The notes under the pieces were generated by a model. It was not told where the DNA came from, made no database searches, and worked only from the letters and a program-made list of their open reading frames with translations. From Herpetosiphonaceae bacterium (GTDB taxonomy: Bacteria; Chloroflexota; Chloroflexia; Chloroflexales; Kallotenuaceae): DNA of 64,000 nt. This document shows, one piece after another, positions 15,344 to 25,100 of the stretch. Location of the stretch: the NCBI GenBank assembly GCA_036374795.1, contig DASUTC010000210.1, forward strand, positions 2,533 through 66,532. The letters run 5' to 3'. The position numbers and the translations under genes were made by a program. Positions within the stretch are counted from its first letter, which is position 1. Every line of letters begins with the position of its first letter.

Positions 15344-16351
15344 TTAGAGCAGCCCCGCCGTCTCCGGCAGGCCCAGCATAAGATTCATGTTTTGCAGCGC
15401 CTGCCCCGAAGCGCCTTTGACCAGATTATCCTCACTTGACGTAATGATCCAGTTGCCGCGATCGTCGGCCTGGTGCAGGCCGAGCACGCAGAGATTGGTA
15501 TGGACGCTGTGGCTCAGCGTCGGTAGCTGGCCCTCCGGCAGCACGCGCACAAACGGCTCGTCGGCGTAGCGCACGGCGTACAGCGCGCGCACGGCATCGG
15601 GCGCGATGTCCGGGGCCAGCCGCACGTAGATCGTCGAGAGAATGCCGCGATTGACCGGCAGCAGATGTGGCGAGAAAATCACGTGGACAGGCGCTCCCGC
15701 CGCCGCAAGCTCCTGCTCCATCTCGGCGATGTGCCGGTGCGTATGGCCGATGTTGTACGGCGCGAAGTTCTCGTTCGTCTCGGCAAAGTGCGTCTTGAGC
15801 GACAGCGAGCGGCCCGCGCCGCTCACGCCCGACTTGGCATCGACGATCACCTGACCATCCAGCAGCCCGGCCTCGGCCAGCGGCAGCAGCGCCAGCAGCA
15901 CGCTCGTCGGGTAGCAGCCCGGATTGGCGACCAGCCGTGCCTGCCTGATCTGATCGCGGTACAGCTCCGGCAGGCCATAGACCGCCTCGGCCAGCAACTC
16001 CGGCGCGGTGTGTGGATGCTTGAACCATGCGGTATAGACCTGCGGATCGCGCAGCCGAAAATCGTTGCTCAGATCGATCACGCGCGCGCCCGCCGCCAGC
16101 ACCTCTTGCGCCGTGGCGATCGTCGTGGGGCCGTGCGGCAGACATAAAAACACAATATCGCAGGCCGCCGGATCGGCCTCGGCGGCATCGATCAGCGGCA
16201 AGGTGTCGGTAGTCGGGAAGGTGTCGCTGAGCCGCTTGCCCGCGTAGCTGCGCGACGTGGCAAAGACGATCTCGGCCTGGGGATGCCGCCGCAGCCAGCG
16301 GATCAGCTCAAAGCCGGTATAGCCCGTCGCGCCGTAAATTCCAACGCGCAT
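15344..16351 (-). CDS. argC: N-acetyl-gamma-glutamyl-phosphate reductase
   Basis: MRVGIYGATGYTG, and the active-site Cys in ANPGCYPT. Confidence 0.92.
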   Translation of the reverse strand: MRVGIYGATGYTGFELIRWLRRHPQAEIVFATSRSYAGKRLSDTFPTTDTLPLIDAAEADPAACDIVFLCLPHGPTTIATAQEVLAAGARVIDLSNDFRLRDPQVYTAWFKHPHTAPELLAEAVYGLPELYRDQIRQARLVANPGCYPTSVLLALLPLAEAGLLDGQVIVDAKSGVSGAGRSLSLKTHFAETNENFAPYNIGHTHRHIAEMEQELAAAGAPVHVIFSPHLLPVNRGILSTIYVRLAPDIAPDAVRALYAVRYADEPFVRVLPEGQLPTLSHSVHTNLCVLGLHQADDRGNWIITSSEDNLVKGASGQALQNMNLMLGLPETAGLL

Positions 16352-16432
16352 CAGTTTCCTCCACTATTCCAGATAGCTCCTCCGCAGACGAAAGGACGGT
16401 ACTTGGTGGATGCCCGCCCCGGCCTCGCGGCG

Positions 16433-16939
16433 CTATCGGCCCAGCCGCAGGATCATCGCGATCTCGTCGCAGCAATCCTGCTTCGAGCAGAACTGGCAAT
16501 CCTGCCAGACTTTCTGCGATAGGATCGTCTTCTCCACCACCTCGAAGCCGAGCCGCGCGAAGAACTCGACCTGATACGTCAGCGCGAAGACGGTCGGAAT
16601 GCCCAGCGCCCGCGCGTCCGAAATCAGCGGCGCGCACAGCCGACGGCCCAGGCCCCGGCCCTGCCACGCGGGCGCGACCGCCAGCGACACGATCTCGGCC
16701 AGGTCGCGCCAGGTGATTTTGAGGCCAGCGCAGCCGACGATCGCGCCGTCGACGTCGACGACGATGAAATCGCGCAGGTTGTTGTAGAGCTGCGCCAGCG
16801 ATTTGGGCAGCATCAAGCCTTGCGCGGCGTAGCTGTTGATCAATCCGGCCATCGGCTCGACATCGCCGACGTAGGCGCGGCGAACCACTGGCTCGCCCTC
16901 GGTGCGCGCAGGCGGCATGTGTAGTGCAATCGTTGCCAT
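16433..16939 (-). CDS. GNAT acetyltransferase, short N-acetylglutamate-synthase-like
   Basis: WQGRGLGRRL acetyl-CoA motif, 168 aa. The start is 3 nt after the argH stop, inside the arg operon. Confidence 0.65.
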   Translation of the reverse strand: MATIALHMPPARTEGEPVVRRAYVGDVEPMAGLINSYAAQGLMLPKSLAQLYNNLRDFIVVDVDGAIVGCAGLKITWRDLAEIVSLAVAPAWQGRGLGRRLCAPLISDARALGIPTVFALTYQVEFFARLGFEVVEKTILSQKVWQDCQFCSKQDCCDEIAMILRLGR

Positions 16940-16942
16940 AAT

Positions 16943-18310
16943 TTATTGCGTGCAGACGCGGGCCGCCGTCAGTTGCTCCGCGAGCGACTGAGCAGCGGTG
17001 CCGCCGCTACTATGATGCTGTTCGATCGAGCGCTGCATATCGAAGACGTGCAGCCAGACATCCGCCAGCTCGGTATGCGCCGCCCGCACGGTTTCGAGCG
17101 GCAGATCACGCAGCGCGATGCCCTGCGTTTCGGCGGCGCGAACCAGCTGTCCGACCAGACCGTGTGCCTCGCGGAAGGGCACGCCCAGCCGCACCAGCTC
17201 GTCGGCGAGGTCGGTCGCCAGCATCGTATCGTCCAGCGCGGCGCGCATCCGCTCGGTGTTGAAGCGCAGCGTGCCGATCACGCCGCCGACGACCGGCAGC
17301 GTCATCAGCAGCGTATCGATCGTGTCGAACAGCCCTTCTTTGTCTTCCTGAAGGTCTTTGTTGTAGGTCGATGGCAGGCCCTTGAGCACGGCCAGCACGC
17401 TGACGAGGTTGCCGATCAGCCGCCCGGCCTTGGCGCGCGTCAGCTCCAGCGAGTCGGGATTTTTCTTCTGCGGCATCAGCGACGAGCCGGTTGCATAGGC
17501 GTCGTCGAGCGTCACAAAGCCAAACTCCGCCGAGCTGTAGATGATCAGATCCTCGGCCAGCCGCGACAGATGCGTGCCCAGCAGCGCCCCGGCGAAGAGC
17601 AGCTCGGCCACGAAATCACGATCTCCGACGGCATCCATGCTGTTGCGCGTCACGTCGTCGAAGCCGAGCACCCGCGCCAGCAGCGCCCGATCGATGCCAA
17701 AGGTGTTGCCCGCCAGCGCCGCCGCGCCCAGCGGTAGGAGGTTGAGCCGCCTGCGGCAATCCTGAAGCCGCTCGCGGTCGCGCTGGAGCGGCCAGAAGTG
17801 CGAGAGCAGCCAGTGCCCCACCGATACCGGCTGCGCGCGCTGAAGATGGGTATAGCCCGGCATCAGCGTCGCCTGATGCGCCTCGGCCTGCGTCACCAGC
17901 GCGCGCTGGACCTCGCAGAGCGCCTCGTCGAGCCGCTTGATCGCCATGCGCGCATAGATCCGCAGGTCGGTCGCTACCTGATCGTTGCGCGAGCGCCCGG
18001 TGTGCAGCTTGCCCGCGACCGGCCCGACCAGCTCGTGCAGGCGGCGCTCGACGGCGGTGTGAATATCTTCGTCGGAGAGTCGTAGCTCGAACTGTCCGGT
18101 GCCGAACTCTTCCAGCACCTGTCCCAGCCCGCGCTGCAACTGATCGCGCTCGTCGGTGGTGATCAGCCCCACGTCGGCCAGCGCCTCGGCGTAGGCTACC
18201 GAGGCCTCGATGTCGGCCTCGTACAAGCGCCAGTCAAAGCCGATCGAGGCATTGAACTGCTCCATCAGCTCGCTCGTCTGGCCCTCGAAGCGTCCGCCCC
18301 ATAATTTCAT
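16943..18310 (-). CDS. argH: Argininosuccinate lyase
   Basis: MKLWGGRFEG start and the GSSLMPQKKNPD signature. The ORF-track extension to 18478 reads through the heptad repeat, so I rejected it. Confidence 0.93.
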   Translation of the reverse strand: MKLWGGRFEGQTSELMEQFNASIGFDWRLYEADIEASVAYAEALADVGLITTDERDQLQRGLGQVLEEFGTGQFELRLSDEDIHTAVERRLHELVGPVAGKLHTGRSRNDQVATDLRIYARMAIKRLDEALCEVQRALVTQAEAHQATLMPGYTHLQRAQPVSVGHWLLSHFWPLQRDRERLQDCRRRLNLLPLGAAALAGNTFGIDRALLARVLGFDDVTRNSMDAVGDRDFVAELLFAGALLGTHLSRLAEDLIIYSSAEFGFVTLDDAYATGSSLMPQKKNPDSLELTRAKAGRLIGNLVSVLAVLKGLPSTYNKDLQEDKEGLFDTIDTLLMTLPVVGGVIGTLRFNTERMRAALDDTMLATDLADELVRLGVPFREAHGLVGQLVRAAETQGIALRDLPLETVRAAHTELADVWLHVFDMQRSIEQHHSSGGTAAQSLAEQLTAARVCTQ

Positions 18311-18330
18311 CGCTACCTCTTCGAGCAAAC

Positions 18331-18392
18331 AGAGAACAAAGAACAGGAGATTCAGTTTCGTTGTTCTTTGTTCCGTTGTTCTTTGTTCTTTA
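18331..18392. repeat. Heptad (GAACAAA / TTGTTCT) array, inverted arrangement
   Basis: AGAGAACAAAGAACAGG...GTTGTTCTTTGTTCCGTTGTTCTTTGTTCTTT. It fills the argJ-argH spacer, and the two arms are complementary over about 12 nt. Confidence 0.8.
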
Positions 18393-19637
18393 TTACGTTC
18401 GATACTCCGCATTGATCGACACGTACTCGTGCGAAAAATCGCAGGTCCAGACCGTCGCCGTCTCGTCGCCGAGGCCAAGCTCGACCGTGATCTGCACCTC
18501 GGAGCCGCTCAGCGCGGCGTGTGCGTCGGCCTCGCTGTAGGCCAGCGGAGCGCCCGCCTCGACCAGCCGAACGCTGCCGAAGGAGAGCGCCAGCCTGCCG
18601 GGATCGACCGTCACGCCGCTGCGCCCGACCGCCGCCAGCACGCGGCCCCAGTTGGCGTCGATGCCGTAGATCGCCGTCTTGACCAGGCTTGATGTAGCGA
18701 TGGTCCGCCCGATCTGCCGCGCCTCGTCGAAGCTGCGCGCGCCCTGCACATCGATAGTGACGAACTTGGTCGCGCCCTCGCCGTCGCGTGCAACCAGCTT
18801 AGCAAGTTCGGTGCAGACGATCGTCAGCGCCTCGCGGAACGCGCGAAAAGCGGGCGAGTCGGTGGATGTGATCGGCGGATGATCGGCCAGGCCGTTCGCC
18901 AGCACCAGCAGCGTATCGTTGGTGCTGGTATCGCCGTCGATCGACATGCAGTTGAACGAGCGCTCCACGGCGTAGCGCAGCGCGGCATCCAGCGCCACGG
19001 GATCGACCGCCGCGTCGGTGCAGACCAGCGCCAGCAGCGTCGCCATGTTGGGATGGATCATACCAGCGCCTTTGCACATGCCGCCGATCACGATCGGCAC
19101 GCCGTCGAGCGTGGTGCGCAGCGCGACCGCTTTGGGCCGCGTGTCGGTGGTCATGATCGCGCGCGCGGCGGCGTGTCCGGCCTCGGCATCCGCCCCAATC
19201 TCTCTGGCGGCGGCAGCCACGCCCGGCAGCAGCTTCTTCATCGGCAACTGCTCGCCGATGACCCCGGTGGACATCACCAGCACGCTGTCGCAGGGCAGAT
19301 CGAGCGCCTCGATCACGGCCTGCGCCATCGTCTGCGTGTTGCGCTGGCCCTGCTCGCCGGTGATCGCGTTGGCGCAGCCGCTATTGATCACCACGGCGCG
19401 AATCCCGGCGGACTTGCGCTGGAGCAGCGCGCGATCGAACATGACCGGCGCGGCCTGAAGCTGGTTCGTGGTAAAGACCGCCGCCGCCGCGCACGGCTGG
19501 TCGGCGCTGATCAGCGCCAGATCCAGGCCGCCGTGCTTCTTGATGCCCGCCGCGACTCCAGCGGCTCGAAAGCCCGGCACGCAGGTGATCGGATCGTCGC
19601 TGATGGCGGCGTGGATCGTCTGTCGTTTGTCGCTCAT
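18393..19637 (-). CDS. argJ: Bifunctional ornithine acetyltransferase / N-acetylglutamate synthase
   Basis: ATLLALVCTDA self-cleavage site region and C-terminal NAEYRT. ATG 19637 overlaps the upstream stop (ATGA). Confidence 0.92.
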   Translation of the reverse strand: MSDKRQTIHAAISDDPITCVPGFRAAGVAAGIKKHGGLDLALISADQPCAAAAVFTTNQLQAAPVMFDRALLQRKSAGIRAVVINSGCANAITGEQGQRNTQTMAQAVIEALDLPCDSVLVMSTGVIGEQLPMKKLLPGVAAAAREIGADAEAGHAAARAIMTTDTRPKAVALRTTLDGVPIVIGGMCKGAGMIHPNMATLLALVCTDAAVDPVALDAALRYAVERSFNCMSIDGDTSTNDTLLVLANGLADHPPITSTDSPAFRAFREALTIVCTELAKLVARDGEGATKFVTIDVQGARSFDEARQIGRTIATSSLVKTAIYGIDANWGRVLAAVGRSGVTVDPGRLALSFGSVRLVEAGAPLAYSEADAHAALSGSEVQITVELGLGDETATVWTCDFSHEYVSINAEYRT

Positions 19638-20290
19638 AATGGCTCCGTCGAGGCCAGCATCTCCGAATCGAGATGCGCGACATCGTTGTAACGCAACAAA
19701 TACCAGCGCTGGTCGCTCGCGGGGTCGCCCTGCCGCCACTGGGTGATCGAGGTATGATGAATCCAGAAGCCGGAGCGCAGCACGAGCGCCGCGCTGGAGC
19801 CGAGGAAGTAGTAGAACGATGCCTCAATGATCCCGCCGTGCGCCACGACGACGATGTTCTGTCCTTCGTGCTGGCGCAGGATGCGGCTGAGCGCCCTGCC
19901 GACGCGGGCAACAAACATGGCGAAGCTCTCGCCGCCAGGCGAGTACGGCTGGTACACGATGTCGCGCCCCGCCGTGTTGAAGCGCTCGCGCGCCTCGTCG
20001 TAGGTCATGCCGTCGGCCTCACCTGGCCGAATTTCCTCGAACTCCTCGTCCCAGCGGATCGGCACGTCGAGGCCAGCCGCCGCCGCCTGCGCCGTCTCAC
20101 GGGCACGCCGCAGCGGGCTGGCGTAGAGCACATCGGCGCGGATCTCGCCACGCGCCAGCCGAGCTTGCAGCCGCGCCGCCTGCTCGTGGCCGCGCGGCGT
20201 GAGCCCCTGGCAGCCGTTGCGCCCGCCGACGATATTGCCGACGTTGCAGACCGCCTCGCCGTGTCGAATGATGTAAAGATTCGTCATCAT
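19634..20290 (-). CDS. Histidine phosphatase (PGAM-like) family protein
   Basis: LYIIRHGEA RHG motif and VVVAHGG. Has a 4-nt ATGA overlap with argJ. Confidence 0.75.
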   Translation of the reverse strand: MMTNLYIIRHGEAVCNVGNIVGGRNGCQGLTPRGHEQAARLQARLARGEIRADVLYASPLRRARETAQAAAAGLDVPIRWDEEFEEIRPGEADGMTYDEARERFNTAGRDIVYQPYSPGGESFAMFVARVGRALSRILRQHEGQNIVVVAHGGIIEASFYYFLGSSAALVLRSGFWIHHTSITQWRQGDPASDQRWYLLRYNDVAHLDSEMLASTEPL

Positions 20291-20298
20291 GACCTTTG

Positions 20299-20433
20299 CT
20301 TCCACGTTCCACGTTCCACATTCCAGGTTTCGGTTTCCAGCTCTTAGTTCTTGGTGCGCCGGGCGATCATGCCGGGCGCCCATGCCGGGCGCCCTCTGGG
20401 CATGGCACCCGGTTCTTGGTTCTCGGTTCTCGG

Positions 20434-20434
<1 letters not shown>
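20299..20434. repeat. Composite heptad-repeat element with GC-rich core
   Basis: CCACGTT/CCAGGTT heptads, the core at 20353-20412 (GGTGCGCCGGGCGATCATGCCGGGCGCCCATGCCGGGCGCCCTCTGGGCATGGCACCCGG), then GTTCTTG/GTTCTCG heptads. Confidence 0.8.
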
Positions 20435-21693
<1,259 letters not shown>

Positions 21694-21749
21694 CTCATGC
21701 TCCTCGTTAGAGCCAGTCCGCGCAGCACTGCCTTGGCTCATCGTTGAGC

Positions 21750-21785
21750 ATAAAAAAGCAGCCCCGCCGTCTGGCAGAGCTGCTT
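21750..21785 (-). terminator. Attenuator terminator in the arg-operon leader
   Basis: Minus-sense AAGCAGCuCUGCC-AGAC-GGCGGgGCUGCUU followed by UUUUAU, about 55 nt upstream of the argG ATG. Confidence 0.65.
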
Positions 21786-21812
21786 ACATCCATCAATCCA
21801 ACGCAAGCGCAC

Positions 21813-21887
21813 CTAACCAGACGTGGTATCCGGCTTCGTACGGCGACGACGGGGCGTGCTGTGTAGATTGTACGTTTGTCTGTGCAT
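21813..21887 (-). CDS. Putative arginine leader peptide (24 aa: MHRQTYNLHSTPRRRRTKPDTTSG)
   Basis: My hand translation of the minus strand. Codons 13-16 are CGT CGT CGC CGT. The ATG lies 10 nt after the -10 box, and the stop TAG lies about 27 nt before the terminator stem. Confidence 0.6.
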   Translation of the reverse strand: MHRQTYNLHSTPRRRRTKPDTTSG

Positions 21888-21897
21888 GTGAGGCGCG

Positions 21898-21926
21898 AGT
21901 ATAGCACGCGATCTGGCGCGTGTCAA
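21898..21926 (-). promoter_or_regulatory. Consensus sigma-70 promoter of the arg operon
   Basis: Minus strand: TTGACA (21926-21921), a 17-nt spacer, then TATACT (21903-21898). Confidence 0.65.
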
Positions 21927-22164
21927 CGACGCTGAATGGCTGCCGCTGCGACATATGGCACGTTTGTGCCCCCCGCTATGGGCGGATTAGATGGATCGCT
22001 TGTGCGAAAGATGGTCGTATCCTCCTACCCCCTGCTGGCGATTAGTCCGATGTTGATTAAGCAACGAGACGGTATCCTTCCTATCAGCGAAAAGTGTTAT
22101 CTCCATCTCCACCATGCTCGACGGATTGTTGACTCGGTAGTTCTATTGAAGGACGGATACGACT

Positions 22165-25100
22165 ATGAACAGTCAACCCATGATGATCAAAAGGTTCAAC
22201 ACGCTTAGGCTATTCACAGTCCTGGGCATGGTGCTTGGTTTATTTGCACCGCTCACGCCGACCACGAGCGTGAGTGCCGCGTCGGTTAGCTCGGCCTCGT
22301 TCACCGGCGGCACCAGCACCATCAACGTGAGTGGTACTTTATACGCGAAGAATGGCGGCGCGCTGACTCTGACAGTCGTGACCGATAGTACGACCAAGTG
22401 TGTCGAAGTAGTGGGCGCTCATACCGCCACCCAAAGCTCGAACACGGTGAAGTCGTCTTGGACCTTCTCGTTCACTGCTGGCTCCGGCGACGGCGTGCGG
22501 ACGGTAACAACGACCGCCTATCGGAGCTTTAACGGCCAAGGCAAATGTACGGCGAATGCAGGCGAGAGCGTGGGTGCGTACCCAGCCTCGTACATTCTTG
22601 ATAACACTGGCCCGGTCGTGACGGCGGCGCTGACTCCCGCCGCGAACGCCGCAGGCTGGAATAACAGCAATGTTTCGATCGCCTGGACGGCCAGCGATGC
22701 AGGCTCCGGTGTTGCCAGCGGACCTATTCCCGCTACCGACAGCCAGCAGCAGAATACCCCAGGTGTCCCCAAGAGCGCGATTGCGACCGACCGGCTGGGC
22801 AACACCGGCAGCGCCTCGGTGACAGTCAAGCTCGACAAGACAGCGCCCTCGATCAATGCCAGTCGCACCCCGGACCCTAATAGCTTCGGCTGGAACAACA
22901 GCAGCGTGACGATTGAATTCACCTGCGCCGATGCGCTCTCTGGAATCAAGAGTTGTACCGGCGGCGGCTCCGTAACGCTGTCCAGCGAAGGTGCAAATCA
23001 GTCGGTTCCTGGCACCGCTATTGACAATGCTGACAACACGAATAACACTGGCGTGAGTGGCATCAACATCGACACGACGGATCCGACCTTGAGCGGTGCT
23101 CCGACGACCGCGCCGAATGCAGCCGGGTGGTACAAGAACGACGTGACGATCGACTGGACCGCCGCCGACACGCTTTCGGGCATCGTAGCGGAGCCAGCCA
23201 ATAGCACGATCGGCGGCGAGGGCACGGACCTGATCGCTAGGGAGACGGTCAGCGACAGGGCGGGCAACACGACAAGCGCCACCAGCCCGGCGGTGAAGAT
23301 CGACCGCACCGCGCCCAACACATCCGCGACAGCGCCGACGAGTTGGAACAATACCAACGTCACGGTGAGCCTCAACGCCGCCGATAACTCGTCGGGCGTC
23401 AAAGCCACCTACTTCAAGCTCAACGGCGGCGCGCAGCAGACAGGCACCAGCGTCGCGATCAGCGCCGAGGGCATCCATAGCCTCCAGTTCTGGAGCGAAG
23501 ATCAGGCCGGTAACGTCGAGGCTGCGAAGTCGGTCCAGGTCAAGATCGACCGGACGCCGCCGACGATCAACCATACCCAGTCGCCAGCGGCAAATATCCT
23601 GGGCTGGAACAACAGCAATGTGACCGTCACCTTTACCTGTGCTGATAGCGGCGGCTCCGGCGTCGCAAGCTGCACCGCGCCCCAGACCGTGACCACCGAA
23701 GGCCAGAGTCAGGCCGTGACGGGCACCGCGACCGACCATGCTGGCAATACCGCGACCGATCCGGCAACGGTGAGCATCGATAAGACCAGGCCGACGGCGA
23801 CGGCTGCCGCCGATCGTAGCGCCAACTCCCTTGGCTGGTACAACGACAATGTCACTGTTACCTTCACCTGCGCCGACGCGCTCTCCGGCCTGTATAGCTG
23901 CTCCGCTTCTCAGACGTTGGGCGAGGGCGCGAACCAGAGCGCCACGGGCGCGGCCAGTGACGCCGCAGGCAACGTCAGCGAAGCGGCTGTCGTCTCCGGC
24001 ATCAACGTGGACAAGACCGCGCCGACGCTGAGCGGCGCTGCGACGACCGCGCCGAACGCCAACGGTTGGTACAACGGCGATGTGACTGTTCACTGGACGG
24101 CGGCGGACTCGCTCTCTGGACTCGCATCGGCTGCTCCTGACGCCAGCACGATCGTCGGCGAAGGCGACGACCTTTCCTCCAGCACCTCGGTCAGCGACAA
24201 GGCGGGCAACAGCGCCAGCACGACAGTCAAGGGGATCAAGATCGACCGCACCGCGCCGAGCACCCTCGCCAGCGTTCCCGCGCCGCTCGATAGCGGCTGG
24301 TACGCGGCTGGCTTCAATGTCACTCTGAACGGCATTGATACCATGTCGGGTGTTGACAAGACCTATTACAGCGTCAACGGCGGCGCTGCCCACGTGTACA
24401 GCGGCTCGTTCAACCATAACACTCCCGGCGTCAGCACCATCACCTTCTGGAGCGTGGACCAGGCTGGAAACGTTGAGGACAAGGCTGCGCCAGGTCACAG
24501 CATCACGCTCAAGATCGATAACCTGCCGCCAGCGATCCAGGGCATCCGCTCACCTGCGGCTAACGGCTTCGGCTGGAATAATGTCCCCGTGACGGTCAGC
24601 TTCACCTGCGCCGATGGCGAGTCCGGCCTGGCGTCAGGCGTGGCGGGCTGCACGGACGCCGTGACGCTGAGCAACGAGGGCGCGAGCCAGTCCGTTGTCG
24701 GCAATGCGCTCGACAATGCCGGTAACAGCAGCAGCGCCAAGGTTGAGGATATCAACATCGACACGACGGTTCCGACGCTGAGCGGTGCTCCGACGACTAA
24801 CGCCAACGCTGCGGGCTGGTACAAGGGCGATGTGACGATCGCGTGGACCGCACAGGATGGCCTCGCAGGCATCGACCCGGCGACACAGCCAGCCGATAGC
24901 GTGATCACCGGCCAGGGCAGCAGCCTGAGCGCCGGACCTGTCAGCATCGCAGACAAGGCGGGCAACAGCACCAGCGCGACAGTCGGCGGCATCAAGATCG
25001 ACCGCACCGCGCCGACGATCAGCGGTGCTACAGTCAACGACAATGGCACGGCGCGCAGCGCCAACGCAGCAGGCTGGTTCAACAGCGCCGTCCGCGTCCG

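Noticed and set aside
16943-18478. N-terminal extensions in the ORF track that run through heptad repeats (argH to 18478, argG to 21741, recD2 from 36453, His-phosphatase to 20383, DprA-like from 49828, htrA2 from 62368).
   Set aside because: The extensions translate repeat DNA (KEQRTTEQRTT, WNVEAK and similar). Conserved protein N-termini with good RBSs begin downstream, so I moved the starts.
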